A stretch of 58,340 bases of DNA from Patescibacteria group bacterium (GTDB lineage: Bacteria > Patescibacteriota > Patescibacteriia > SG8-24): NCBI GenBank assembly GCA_034716415.1, contig JAYEJB010000071.1, positions 1-58,340 of the forward strand, read 5' to 3'. A program made the position numbers and the translations under genes. Below are positions 19,028-28,658 of this stretch, in pieces. The notes beneath the pieces are model-generated. The model made no database searches, was not told where the DNA came from, and saw only the letters and a program-made list of their open reading frames with translations. Each line of letters begins with the position of its first letter. The stretch's first letter is position 1.

Positions 19028-21280
19028 CTATTCGCTGAGCAGGTCGGCGATGGACTTACGTCCAACGGGCGCGACGCGGCGCGCCGGACGAGGCCGAGGC
19101 TTCTCCTGCCGCCGGGGCGACTTGGAAGCAGGGCGAGGCTGAGACGAACCGTTCGAATCGACCGGCTCCACCAGGAAGACCCCGGCGCGCATCCTTGCCT
19201 TCGTCTCACGCACCAGTGTCGGTTGCCCTCTGACCGGATCCGGATACCTGTTCGACCAGACGAACCTGTATCCCCTATCCATCGCATACCACTCGGGTTT
19301 CCCGCCTTGGTTTTCACCGAGATAGAACGCGAGTGTGTGCTCCTGCAGGTCCGGATCTTTTGAACGATCCGATCGACGACCAGTAGCGGTACCGACAGCC
19401 CGAGCGGACTGTCGTCCATGGACGTCTTCACGACCCCGCTGACGAGGAGTGAAGGGGCTGTCCTTCGACGGTCCACTGAGGAAGGTCTGCAACACGATCT
19501 CCCTGATCTCATCCTTGGACAGGTTGGCCCTATAGGTATAGACCTCGTCCTGTCTGCTGGACAACCACGCAGTGCCGAACGCCGTCCTCCAGAATGGCCA
19601 GAACATGATCTGGACATCCTCGGTCGTGCCGTCAGGCATGTCGAGCGTCACGTAGTTCTCATCAGTCGAACAAAGCTGACTGATCTGACCCTCTGTGGCG
19701 TTCCTGAGGGACCAGCCATAGCCTCGATTCATGAGATCACGCTTCCGCAACTCGTAAACGGTCTCCACCGGCACCATGAGCCCTTTCCGGCCCGAAAGGA
19801 TGAAAAGACCGTCGTCGCGGACATGAAGGACGAAGTCGGCCTTCTGGTCCCTGATGGCCTCACCTTCGTCGTCCGGCGCGAACCGAGCGACCTTCGATGC
19901 GGCATCGCTTTCAGACTCGACGAAGCATAGCGTGAGATTGTTCGGCCGTCGCTCCCTTTCCGTCTTCTTGCGCCGCATGACCTGCCGAAGCCCTCCGATG
20001 AGGGTCTGTGAATAGTCACCTCCCGGATCATCCTCTTCCTCGATTCGAGTGAGAACGAACTCGAGATCCTCGTCATTGAGCACATCCGGCAGAATCCGAG
20101 CTCGCTTCAAATCAGTCATGAACTGACCCGGAGAGTGAGGAAGTTTCCCTCCCCGCTCTTCGATGTAGCTGCTCACACCCTTCAGAACCTTGGCCACATC
20201 CTTGTCCGGGATGACACGAGGCTTCCAGGTCCCCATCGCGACCGCCGGCTTCTCGATGTTGAGAATCTTGGTCCTCTCAGGGTCTCGATAGTCCCTGTCT
20301 CCCTGATCCCAATCCAGCTGGTTGTGAAGGAATGCCGCTTCCGCGCGGGACCGAAGCAGCTTCGATTCTATCGAATCCGGTCCGTACTTGGCCTCAACGG
20401 CGGGCATGAAGCCCATCTGGCGTCCGCTCTCGTCATCATCCTCCACATTCTCCTTGATGAGGACGTGAAACATCATCATCTCCCGCGCGACCCTGTGAGT
20501 ACGGTGAACGTCCTCCACGGCGATCGTCGAGAAGTAATGGTGAATCCCGTCGAGGGCGATAAAAGCGAGCTGGCACACATCTTCCGGATTCCTGTTCTCG
20601 CTCTGCCGGTTGATCGAGACGATGAGCTCGCGGAGTGACCTGATGACGTTCTTCGTCGTCTCGGCATTCTCTCCCAAGTCGACGATAGTGCGCTGCCTGC
20701 CTGGCGTCGTATCCGTGGCGTAGGCGTCGTTATCGCAGATCACGTCACAGATCGCCTGCATCGAGGTGACGAAGTCTTCCAATTCCACCCTCTCCTCATC
20801 GTCCAGGATCTCAAGACGCGTCTTGAGTTCTTCAGGCATGCCTTCGTACGTCGACCCGTAGAAAGTCGAGAGGTAATCGCAGAACCGAGCCAGGGCCGCT
20901 TCGTCGGCCCGGATCACTTTTAGCCCATGATGATCGAACGGCGTCGCGAACCTGAGGTTGTCCATGCCGAGATAGCCCTTCGTCATGAAGTTCCACTCCA
21001 GCACATCCTGCATCGTGATACGCCCGGAGGCGATCTCATCCTGCCAGGGATAAAGCGAGGCCGGCTTGCTGAAATCGAGCGGTGGCGTGAAAATGCGCCT
21101 CCACTCGTCGCTGATCGAACAGGCTTTCCGCACGACCGCCTTACGGTCGATCATCCACATGCCGGTCAGACAGTCCAGGTCTGGACCGTTGTGTCCGACG
21201 ACAGTGCGAATGTGGTATCCGGCCGTCACGAGGTCTAGAGCCTTATCAAACTTTTCATCAGATACGGTAGCATCGTTCAT
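19028..21280 (-). CDS. 750-aa protein with N-terminal DHH-superfamily-like motifs
   Basis: VVGHNGPDLDCL (HxxPDxD) and PFDHHG; the rest is unrecognised; basic tail. Confidence 0.65.
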   Translation of the reverse strand: MNDATVSDEKFDKALDLVTAGYHIRTVVGHNGPDLDCLTGMWMIDRKAVVRKACSISDEWRRIFTPPLDFSKPASLYPWQDEIASGRITMQDVLEWNFMTKGYLGMDNLRFATPFDHHGLKVIRADEAALARFCDYLSTFYGSTYEGMPEELKTRLEILDDEERVELEDFVTSMQAICDVICDNDAYATDTTPGRQRTIVDLGENAETTKNVIRSLRELIVSINRQSENRNPEDVCQLAFIALDGIHHYFSTIAVEDVHRTHRVAREMMMFHVLIKENVEDDDESGRQMGFMPAVEAKYGPDSIESKLLRSRAEAAFLHNQLDWDQGDRDYRDPERTKILNIEKPAVAMGTWKPRVIPDKDVAKVLKGVSSYIEERGGKLPHSPGQFMTDLKRARILPDVLNDEDLEFVLTRIEEEDDPGGDYSQTLIGGLRQVMRRKKTERERRPNNLTLCFVESESDAASKVARFAPDDEGEAIRDQKADFVLHVRDDGLFILSGRKGLMVPVETVYELRKRDLMNRGYGWSLRNATEGQISQLCSTDENYVTLDMPDGTTEDVQIMFWPFWRTAFGTAWLSSRQDEVYTYRANLSKDEIREIVLQTFLSGPSKDSPFTPRQRGREDVHGRQSARAVGTATGRRSDRSKDPDLQEHTLAFYLGENQGGKPEWYAMDRGYRFVWSNRYPDPVRGQPTLVRETKARMRAGVFLVEPVDSNGSSQPRPASKSPRRQEKPRPRPARRVAPVGRKSIADLLSE

Positions 21281-21416
21281 TTCTCTCTCCCGGGCAAAAA
21301 AACGCCCTGTCGGTTTAACCGACTACTGCTCGACCGGTACCGCCGGTCTCGGTTGGCTGCATAGCCCAGTTGTAAGGATCATCATCCCCGACCAACTCGT
21401 CAGTGAATGACATATG

Positions 21417-21445
21417 AATTTAGCATGATTTGGCTTATTTGTCAA
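21417..21445 (-). promoter_or_regulatory. Sigma70-type promoter for the DHH-like gene
   Basis: TTGACA-N17-TAAATT with extended -10 TG. Confidence 0.7.
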
Positions 21446-21602
21446 GAATTGTTGACATAAAAAATTAGTATTCGTGAAGGGATGTTTTATCCCCAATTCA
21501 ACGTTAATACTGACAGGCACTAGTACCTGTCAGTATTCAGTGAAAACTGGGGATAAAACAAAAAAACCAGCCACCAGGCCGGACAACCTCCCGCTTCCCG
21601 CT

Positions 21603-24344
21603 TCAAGCTCTCTCCACCCGAATCTCCCCTCCCACATCATAAATAACCGTGTCTTTCCGCCCGATCTCACCCTTAAGCAGGGCATCCGCGATAGCAGTAT
21701 CGACCTTATCCTGAATGACGCGCCGTAGGGGCCGCGCCCCGTAAAGCGGATCATAGCCCTCGTCGGAGAGTTCCTGCACCGCCCCGTCGGTCACCTCAAA
21801 ATAGATTCCTTTCTCCTCAAGCCGCTTACTGACCTTCTTTAGCATCAGCTTCGTAATCAGCAACAACTCGTCCGGCTGGATCGGAGTGAACACGATGACG
21901 TCATCGAACCGGTTGATGAATTCCGGACGGAAATGGTCCTTCAGATGTTCGCCTAACAGCCTCTCCTTGATACCCTCGACGCTCATGTCCCGCTTGATGG
22001 CGTCCTGAATGAAGTGCGCGCCGGCGTTCGAGGTCGCAATCAATATGACATTCGTGAAATCGATGACACGACCGGTGTTGTCCGACAGCCGCCCGTCGTC
22101 CATGACCTGTAAGAACAGCGTCAGGATGTCCGGATGCGCCTTCTCCAGCTCGTCCAGCAATACCAGCGAGAACGGCTGTTTCCTGACCGCCTCGGAGAGC
22201 ACGCCGCCGACCTTGTCCCCGGCCGGTTCCCCGATCATCTTGTATATCGCGGCCTTGTCCTGATACTCCGACATGTCGAGCCGGATCATCGAGTCTTCGC
22301 TGCCGAAATAGTTCTCAGCGAGCGTCTTGGCGAGTTCGGTCTTACCGACACCGGTCGGCCCCAAAAACAGAAAATTCGCGATCGGTCGCTCCTTCTCACG
22401 CAGGTCCGCTCCCGCCCGTCGCATCGCCGAAGCGACCGCGGACACCGCCTGATCCTGTCCGATGATGCGCTCATGCATCTTCTCTTCGAGCTTCAGCAGT
22501 TTCTCCGACTGTTCCTCGGTCAACGCGGTCAACGGAATATTGGTCTTCTCGGAGACGATCGCCGCCACATCCTCGCCGCCGACCATCGACTTGGCTCCAC
22601 GATTCTTACGTACGGCCTGCGCCACCTCGCGCGCGACCTCAATGGACTTCTCCGGCAGATAACGCTCATGCATGTAGCGGTCGCTCATCTGTACTGCTTT
22701 CTCCACCGCGTCATACGAGAAGAAGACGCCATTCGTGTAACCGATGCCGCCGACCTTGCTCTCTAGAATATGGATCGCTTCGTCCACATCCGGCTCGCCG
22801 ACAACGATCTTGATCAACGCTTCACCGAGCGCGGATCCCTCGACCGCGTTGACGTACTCCCGCGGAGTCGACGTGCAGATAGCGAAAAAATAACCGCGCG
22901 ACAGCTCCTGCGCGAAGACCTTCGACAGGTCGATACTCTCGCCGCTCCCGGCAGTGATACCGACCATCCCGCCCACGTCATTGACCGCCAGCACGATATT
23001 ACCCGAACGACCGACCTCATAGAGCGCGGTCAGCAACCGTTCCTGCGCCTCGGCCGGCGTCGCGCCCGACACGAGCTGTGGCAGATTGAGACTCACCAGC
23101 CGCTGGTCCTGCAAAATTTTCGGCACGTCCTCCTCGACCATGCGCTGGGCCAACCCCTCGATGATGGCGTTCTTGCCCACGCCCTGATGCCCGGCCAGAA
23201 TGACGCTCTTCCGCCCGCCTTCGATAGCCCGGAACAGCGCTTCGAACTCTTTCTCGCGAGCCACGACCGGTGCCAAACGGTTAAATTTCGCGGCCGTGGT
23301 CAGATCCGAACTCAAAGTGTCGAGATACGGCGTCGCCATCGATGTCATGGCCCGGTTCATCGCGCCCTTCGGCTTCAGACGAGCGGCCGCGGAAAACCTC
23401 TTGTGCCTATTACGGAGACGCTCGTCGACCAAGTTCCACTTGACCACGTTGCCTACTTTCCGCGCGTCCACCCCGAACTCAAACAGCATATCCTGCAACG
23501 TCTGATCGGCCTGAACGGTCGCCAGAAACAGCTCGGTAGGATCGACTTTCACTTCCTTGCTCTCGTACGCGATGATGTAGGCGTCGATGAGAACGCTTTC
23601 GGTCTCGCCGGACAGCACGGTCGCGTGTTCGTCGTTCTGAAACTCGACCAGAATCTTACCGAACTGCTCATTGAACATGTCGAACTTCAGACCGAGACGC
23701 ACCAGCATCACCCCGACTTCCATCACCGCAATAAGCGATCCGAACAGATGCGCCGGCATCAGCTGACCATGCTTCAGTTTCCTGGCGAGACGGAACGAAT
23801 CGTTGACCGCCTTGATTGCCTGCCGGGAGTAAGCCGCCGATACGTCAATCCGCCGGTCTTTCGGTAGTGCCCGCACGGCCTCCCAGACCGAATCATCGGT
23901 CGGCAGACGTAGCTCCTCGATCTCCTCGCCGTACGTGCGAAAACGGACCGCCTTGCGCCGCGTGGCAGCGGCCACCAGACGGTAATAAAGCATCCCCAGA
24001 CAAAGCACGCCGAACCAAAAGAGCAGCAAGCGCGGATGCGGGTCATGCCAATAAGCCAGGGACAACACGGAACCGCTGCCGCGACTCGCGTGCAGGGCCA
24101 GCATGGCGAAACCGAGCAATCCCAACAACGCCAATATGAAATTGGTCACGGCGTTGACCCCGTTCTTCAGACTCTCGAGAAAGACGGCGAAAACATCGAT
24201 CCGCCGCCCCCAATACAGGAACAACGATCCGTAAATCTTACCGGTGCCGATACCGCGGCAGATTGGACAGGTCGACCCGTTCTCATGGCCGCCACCATCG
24301 CAGCGCCCACAGGATATCGTGATTGTATTCTCGGTCAATTCCAT
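21603..24344 (-). CDS. Clp/Hsp100 AAA+ ATPase with N-terminal zinc finger and two transmembrane helices
   Basis: CGRCDGGG..CPICRGIG, two hydrophobic segments, Clp_N-like region, NBD1 GHQGVGKN, NBD2 GPTGVGKT/LDELEKAH/TSNAG/GARPLRR. Confidence 0.9.
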   Translation of the reverse strand: MELTENTITISCGRCDGGGHENGSTCPICRGIGTGKIYGSLFLYWGRRIDVFAVFLESLKNGVNAVTNFILALLGLLGFAMLALHASRGSGSVLSLAYWHDPHPRLLLFWFGVLCLGMLYYRLVAAATRRKAVRFRTYGEEIEELRLPTDDSVWEAVRALPKDRRIDVSAAYSRQAIKAVNDSFRLARKLKHGQLMPAHLFGSLIAVMEVGVMLVRLGLKFDMFNEQFGKILVEFQNDEHATVLSGETESVLIDAYIIAYESKEVKVDPTELFLATVQADQTLQDMLFEFGVDARKVGNVVKWNLVDERLRNRHKRFSAAARLKPKGAMNRAMTSMATPYLDTLSSDLTTAAKFNRLAPVVAREKEFEALFRAIEGGRKSVILAGHQGVGKNAIIEGLAQRMVEEDVPKILQDQRLVSLNLPQLVSGATPAEAQERLLTALYEVGRSGNIVLAVNDVGGMVGITAGSGESIDLSKVFAQELSRGYFFAICTSTPREYVNAVEGSALGEALIKIVVGEPDVDEAIHILESKVGGIGYTNGVFFSYDAVEKAVQMSDRYMHERYLPEKSIEVAREVAQAVRKNRGAKSMVGGEDVAAIVSEKTNIPLTALTEEQSEKLLKLEEKMHERIIGQDQAVSAVASAMRRAGADLREKERPIANFLFLGPTGVGKTELAKTLAENYFGSEDSMIRLDMSEYQDKAAIYKMIGEPAGDKVGGVLSEAVRKQPFSLVLLDELEKAHPDILTLFLQVMDDGRLSDNTGRVIDFTNVILIATSNAGAHFIQDAIKRDMSVEGIKERLLGEHLKDHFRPEFINRFDDVIVFTPIQPDELLLITKLMLKKVSKRLEEKGIYFEVTDGAVQELSDEGYDPLYGARPLRRVIQDKVDTAIADALLKGEIGRKDTVIYDVGGEIRVERA

Positions 24345-24349
24345 CTTTA

Positions 24350-24730
24350 TCAGGATGACAACAGCCCCAACAGCTGATTACCGAACTCGTAGATGACGAA
24401 AGGCGGCAACAACAACCAAAGCAGGAACACCGCAAACATGACGACGATCAACAGGAGCAATAGTACCGAATAGAAGACGATCGTCACTAGCCGCATGAAA
24501 AAACTAATGAGGCGGCTCGCGATATCGCGCTGGCCGAACATCGGTACGAACAGGTTCTTGACCCAGACACTCCAACCGAGAGCGATAGCCACCCCGGCGA
24601 CAGTCCCGCCACAAAACCGCGCCGCGCGCAGCGTTCCGCCCGTGTACCACCAGATCGGGTAATACAAGACCGAGCCGACGAGGTCAACCGCGACGAATTT
24701 CGTTGCCATTGCGACTCTATTCTGTGCCAT
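24350..24730 (-). CDS. Small membrane protein immediately upstream of the Clp ATPase
   Basis: 126 aa; YYPIWWYT, LFVPMFGQ.D, long hydrophobic C-terminal half; 5-nt gap to the clp start. Confidence 0.8.
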   Translation of the reverse strand: MAQNRVAMATKFVAVDLVGSVLYYPIWWYTGGTLRAARFCGGTVAGVAIALGWSVWVKNLFVPMFGQRDIASRLISFFMRLVTIVFYSVLLLLLIVVMFAVFLLWLLLPPFVIYEFGNQLLGLLSS

Positions 24731-24848
24731 ATATCGATAGGCTCATTATAGAGCAGGAAGCGGGAAGCGGGAAGCGGGAGGCAGGATGTAGGAAGACCTC
24801 ATTTAGACCTCCTGCCTCAAGCCTCCCGCTTCGTGCCCTTCTCAATAT

Positions 24849-24956
24849 TTGTCATTGCGAGCGAACGCGCCTGCCTGCCCCTGCCTGCCGGCAGGCAGGG
24901 GCAGGCAGGAAGCAATCCCGACGGGATTGCCGCGGCCTTCGGCCTCGCAATGACAA
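24849..24956. repeat. Family-B palindrome carrying a 40-bp nested insertion
   Basis: TGTCATTGCGAG...CTCGCAATGACA; 24870-24909 is the 20-mer CCTGCCTGCCGGCAGGCAGG inserted into the centre of a second copy of itself. Confidence 0.9.
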
Positions 24957-25135
24957 GAAAAATGAGATTCCGCAATTCCCACCATAATCCCTCAAGCCAG
25001 GCTTGAAGCCTGGCTTGAAATAATTAAGAGGGTGACTCCTCAGCTTCAACAAAAAAACGCCCCCTGGGCGCCATTTCTTCTCCCGCTTTTCCCGCTTCTG
25101 CCCCTTCCCTGCCTGCCGGCAGGCAGGTCCCGCTA

Positions 25136-25486
25136 TTATTTAACCGCCACCGCCGCCGGGCCGGTCGTCAAATAATCCACCCGCGACACCGGCACGAAAC
25201 CGAGTCCGCTGACGTGCGAGTCGATGTTTTCCATGGCTTGCACCGAAACCATCTCAAGATCCAGCTTGCGTCCCTGATCACGCAGTTCGGCGATGTGCTT
25301 CTCGGCCAATCTGATCGCGAATCCCTTGGTCGCGGCCCTGTTGTTCATCATCAGATACCCCACGAAGAGAGAGAGTATCAGCGCGGCCAACGCGATATTG
25401 GCCACCATAACCCAATCCAGCCTGCGCCAAACCCTCGCCCTGACGGCTACTTTCGTCTTCCTGTTTGTCTTCCTTCGGTAAGGCAT
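25136..25486 (-). CDS. ftsL: FtsL-like cell division protein (116 aa)
   Basis: Follows rsmH; basic N-terminus, one transmembrane helix, coiled coil, LGFV tail. Confidence 0.7.
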   Translation of the reverse strand: MPYRRKTNRKTKVAVRARVWRRLDWVMVANIALAALILSLFVGYLMMNNRAATKGFAIRLAEKHIAELRDQGRKLDLEMVSVQAMENIDSHVSGLGFVPVSRVDYLTTGPAAVAVK

Positions 25487-25487
25487 C

Positions 25488-26414
25488 CTAGTCGTTCTTT
25501 TGGATGATACGTAGTTTTGCGCTCCGTGAGCGCGGGTTTTCCGAGACTTCCTGCTCGGACGGCGTAATCGGCTTCTTAACGACAGCAGTCGCCTCATCTG
25601 ATCTCACCTTGCTCCGGATGAACTGCTTGACGATGCGGTCCTCGAGCGAATGGAACGAGATAACCGCCAGCCGCCCGCCGTCGTCCATCGCATCGAACAG
25701 CGCCGGTAGCGCCTCCCTCAGCGTGTTGAGTTCATCGTTGACCGCTATCCTCAACGCTTGAAAGGTCTTGGTGGCGGGATGTATCCTGCCGCGTCTCCTC
25801 CTTGGATTTACCGCGCCAGCTACGATTTCCGCCAGCCGTAGCGTTGAAATGATGCGCTCGCCTTTTCTGGCGGCGATAACAGCCGAGGCGATACGTTTCG
25901 CCTCGCGCTCCTCGCCGTACTTCATCAGTAGCATCGTGAGCTCTTCGGCAGTGTTTCCGTTGACGATTGCGGCGGCAGTCAGCGACCCGGCTTGCCGTGA
26001 GCCTGTCGAACGGTCGTAACGCATATCGAGCGGCCCGTCCTGCCTGAAACTGAAACCGCGGGACGGGTCGTCGATTTCCATCGATGAATATCCGAGATCC
26101 AGAAGTGCCGCCTGAAACGACCCGAAGGAGGTGGAGAGGAGGACCTGATCGAAGTTCCGATAGCTCTCGCGGACAAGCATTGCGCGCGAGCCGAAATCTT
26201 CGAGCGTCCTGCGGGCCGTTTCAAGCGCCGCTTCATCGAGATCCAGACCCAGAAGGCGACCGTCCGGTGCCGTACGCTCAAGTATCGCTTCAGCATGTCC
26301 ACCGCCACCGACCGTACAGTCGATGACCGCCATGCCTGGCTTGAGCGCCAGCGCTTCAACGGTTTCGTTCAAAAGGACGGGTATGTGCTTTTTGTTTTCG
26401 TCGGGGTTTTCCAT
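25488..26414 (-). CDS. rsmH: 16S rRNA m4C1402 methyltransferase
   Basis: HIPVLLNE, DCTVGGGGH, DLGYSS, RGFSF, PLDMR, HPATKTFQALRIAVNDEL, ISFHSLEDR, NPRSRSAKLR. Confidence 0.98.
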   Translation of the reverse strand: MENPDENKKHIPVLLNETVEALALKPGMAVIDCTVGGGGHAEAILERTAPDGRLLGLDLDEAALETARRTLEDFGSRAMLVRESYRNFDQVLLSTSFGSFQAALLDLGYSSMEIDDPSRGFSFRQDGPLDMRYDRSTGSRQAGSLTAAAIVNGNTAEELTMLLMKYGEEREAKRIASAVIAARKGERIISTLRLAEIVAGAVNPRRRRGRIHPATKTFQALRIAVNDELNTLREALPALFDAMDDGGRLAVISFHSLEDRIVKQFIRSKVRSDEATAVVKKPITPSEQEVSENPRSRSAKLRIIQKND

Positions 26415-26420
26415 ATCGGT

Positions 26421-26852
26421 CTATATCCCGAGCTCCCCCATACGCTCGGCGATGTCTTCCGCTTTCTTTTCTGTCTTGGCTTTGTACTTTTCCCAGGCCG
26501 CCTTGTCCCAGATCTCCATCTTATTGAACAGTCCGGCGACGACCGCGTCTTTCTTGAGCCCGGCGTACTGACGCAGGTATTCCGGGATGATCACCCGACC
26601 CTGCTTGTCCGTGTCGACTTCCACCGCTCCGGCCAGCATCAGCCTGGCGAAGGCGCGCGAATCGGCTTGGGTCATCGGCAGGGCGGCGATCTTTTCCGCC
26701 AGCTTTTTCCATTCACTCGCTGAAAACACGAAAAGGCAGTTGTCGAGTCCTCTCGTCACAACCGCCCCGCCAGAGAGCTTCTTGCGGAACTTGACCGGTA
26801 TCGCAAGGCGCCCTTTTTCGTCTAACGTATGCTGATATTCGCCGATGAACAT
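26421..26852 (-). CDS. mraZ: Transcriptional regulator MraZ
   Basis: MFIGEYQHTLDEKGRLAIP, DKQGRVIIP, EIWD. Confidence 0.98.
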   Translation of the reverse strand: MFIGEYQHTLDEKGRLAIPVKFRKKLSGGAVVTRGLDNCLFVFSASEWKKLAEKIAALPMTQADSRAFARLMLAGAVEVDTDKQGRVIIPEYLRQYAGLKKDAVVAGLFNKMEIWDKAAWEKYKAKTEKKAEDIAERMGELGI

Positions 26853-26896
26853 CGAATTCGCGCTTTGAAGTAAAAAATGAACCGTTCAGGGTTATC

Positions 26897-26932
26897 CCCA
26901 CCTTTCCCCACTTCCTTATTATCATACACCAC
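26897..26932 (-). promoter_or_regulatory. Putative MraZ-binding GTGGG direct repeats
   Basis: CCCAC at 26897 and 26907 (10-bp period) plus CACCAC at 26927, upstream of mraZ. Confidence 0.6.
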
Positions 26933-27037
26933 TGAACACCTTAGGTCAACATTATTTGGCTTTGTTATCCACAAAAAAGAAAGACGCGCATGTGATGCGC
27001 GTATACGGAGCGAATAGTACCTTAGGTCCTGTCGAAG

Positions 27038-27532
27038 CTACTCTATGCCGTGCCCGAGCTTCTGCAATTGTTCCGCGACCAGTTCAATAGGTACCCGGAA
27101 CGTCCGCATTGCACCACGGGGCGGCTTGAACGGTATCGGCTCGTCGAATCGACATAGGTCTTCGAAAAAAAAGCCGATAGGGAAAGGCCAGATGGAATTA
27201 CCGTCCGTACGCATCCGCCGCCGTGCTACGGATTTCGACTTGATGTTGTTGAATGCACGGAACAGCTCAACCCGCTCCCCCATCGTAAGTTCACGCACGT
27301 CAACGAGGTCGGCGCAGCCTACGATGATACCCTTGGTGAATCCGGTAAGCTCCAGACCATGCGCGAGTACGACCTCATGATCCGCCCTGGACGAGGTGTA
27401 CAGCAATGTCAGGCCACGATGCTTCCAGCGCCAAATGCGCGTCTTGGCCAGCAGCTTGCCGTCAAGAAGAAGCTCATTATACGGATAACGGTTCGGAAAC
27501 GCGGGGACAGTCAATTCGTCGGACATGTCCAA
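27038..27532 (-). CDS. ASCH/PUA-like domain protein
   Basis: LLLDGK..KTR.W..RG, GIIVGCADLVDV, RFDEPIP; ATG after AAGGAG. Confidence 0.7.
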   Translation of the reverse strand: MDMSDELTVPAFPNRYPYNELLLDGKLLAKTRIWRWKHRGLTLLYTSSRADHEVVLAHGLELTGFTKGIIVGCADLVDVRELTMGERVELFRAFNNIKSKSVARRRMRTDGNSIWPFPIGFFFEDLCRFDEPIPFKPPRGAMRTFRVPIELVAEQLQKLGHGIE

Positions 27533-27633
27533 CTCCTTTCGTTAAAGACCAGGGGAGGGACTTACTCCCGCTGACTATTATTGTCAAAAAGAAAAGGCCG
27601 CATGATGTAAACCATACGGCTGCCGACACTGCC

Positions 27634-27984
27634 TCACGCAGTCGGTTTGTCCCTCCCGCAGAGGAACTCGATCGAGTCAGGCAATGCGCCAGTGGCTGCC
27701 ACGATCTCGCGGCGAGCTTGATCCTGCTCCCACTTGAACACCGGTTCGGTTTCGACCGCATCGATCGTGGTCGCGAACTCGACAGGCAGTGATGTTTCCA
27801 CATCAATCTCGATGTGGGACTGCCGAAGCGCCGGACGGGTCCGGCCGAACACGAGCACCATCTCGGGGTGCCCACCCCCCTGCGAAATCGCCTTGACGAG
27901 ATAGGTGTGTGTGCCGACGACTTCGAAGTTGTCGGCGAATGGCTGTCGGGAGAATATCTCCCCCTGCTCGATGAGCATAGCCAT
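27634..27984 (-). CDS. Hypothetical protein (~116 aa)
   Basis: Start chosen after GGAGGAGG; ORF extends upstream to 28056. Confidence 0.55.
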   Translation of the reverse strand: MAMLIEQGEIFSRQPFADNFEVVGTHTYLVKAISQGGGHPEMVLVFGRTRPALRQSHIEIDVETSLPVEFATTIDAVETEPVFKWEQDQARREIVAATGALPDSIEFLCGRDKPTA

Positions 27985-28065
27985 GGCGTCCTCCTCCATG
28001 TCATCGGGTTGCCGCTGCTCTGCAGCTTCAACGGTTTCCTGCAAAAGAGCTGCCATGCATAAAGC

Positions 28066-28518
28066 CTATCGGAACCACAGCAATAGCGCAATTATCGCCT
28101 GACCGGACAGGCCAAGCCAGAGTGGCAGTCTGACACCGGTCAAACGATGCGCTTTCTTGTGTAAGGGTGTCAGGAAGCCGAATACGTTGCGTTTGAACAC
28201 CATCTCCATGCCGAACATGACGTCAGGCAGGATAGAACCCGCAACCACAGCGGCAAAGTGCCAATGAAAACCGACAGACATGGAGTACATCAGGAACGCG
28301 GCTGACATCACCGCAAAGTCTCCGGCGAAGAACGGTATCGCCCGCCGGACCGACCTGTCGCTCTCAAGCACCCAATCCCCTATCCGCTCGTCACCGTGCG
28401 GGATGGCGTCGCCGACGTAATGCAAAGCCCAACCGAGCGCGAACGCGGCGGCGGGATTGGTGATGCCGATGGCGGTGACGGCGGTGACGCCGATAGCAGA
28501 GTGGACGGTGAGAAACAT
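28066..28518 (-). CDS. Membrane protein, YdjM/DUF457-like metal-dependent hydrolase
   Basis: HSAIG, HYVGDAIPH, SILPD, LHKKAH; hydrophobic. Confidence 0.7.
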   Translation of the reverse strand: MFLTVHSAIGVTAVTAIGITNPAAAFALGWALHYVGDAIPHGDERIGDWVLESDRSVRRAIPFFAGDFAVMSAAFLMYSMSVGFHWHFAAVVAGSILPDVMFGMEMVFKRNVFGFLTPLHKKAHRLTGVRLPLWLGLSGQAIIALLLWFR

Positions 28519-28658
28519 ATATTAATCCGATTAACCGAGCGCTGGTACCAGGTTCTTCCTGTGTGAAAGTCGTATGACTTGTACACAGGAATGTACCTGG
28601 TACCCCTAGAAAGCACGTCACTCTTGGCACAGCTGTGCCAGAGCGAATGCGAAGCTTC

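Noticed and set aside
25487-25597. Extended N-terminus of the ftsL-like ORF
   Set aside because: It overlaps rsmH by over 100 nt; the ATG at 25486 directly after the rsmH stop is more plausible.
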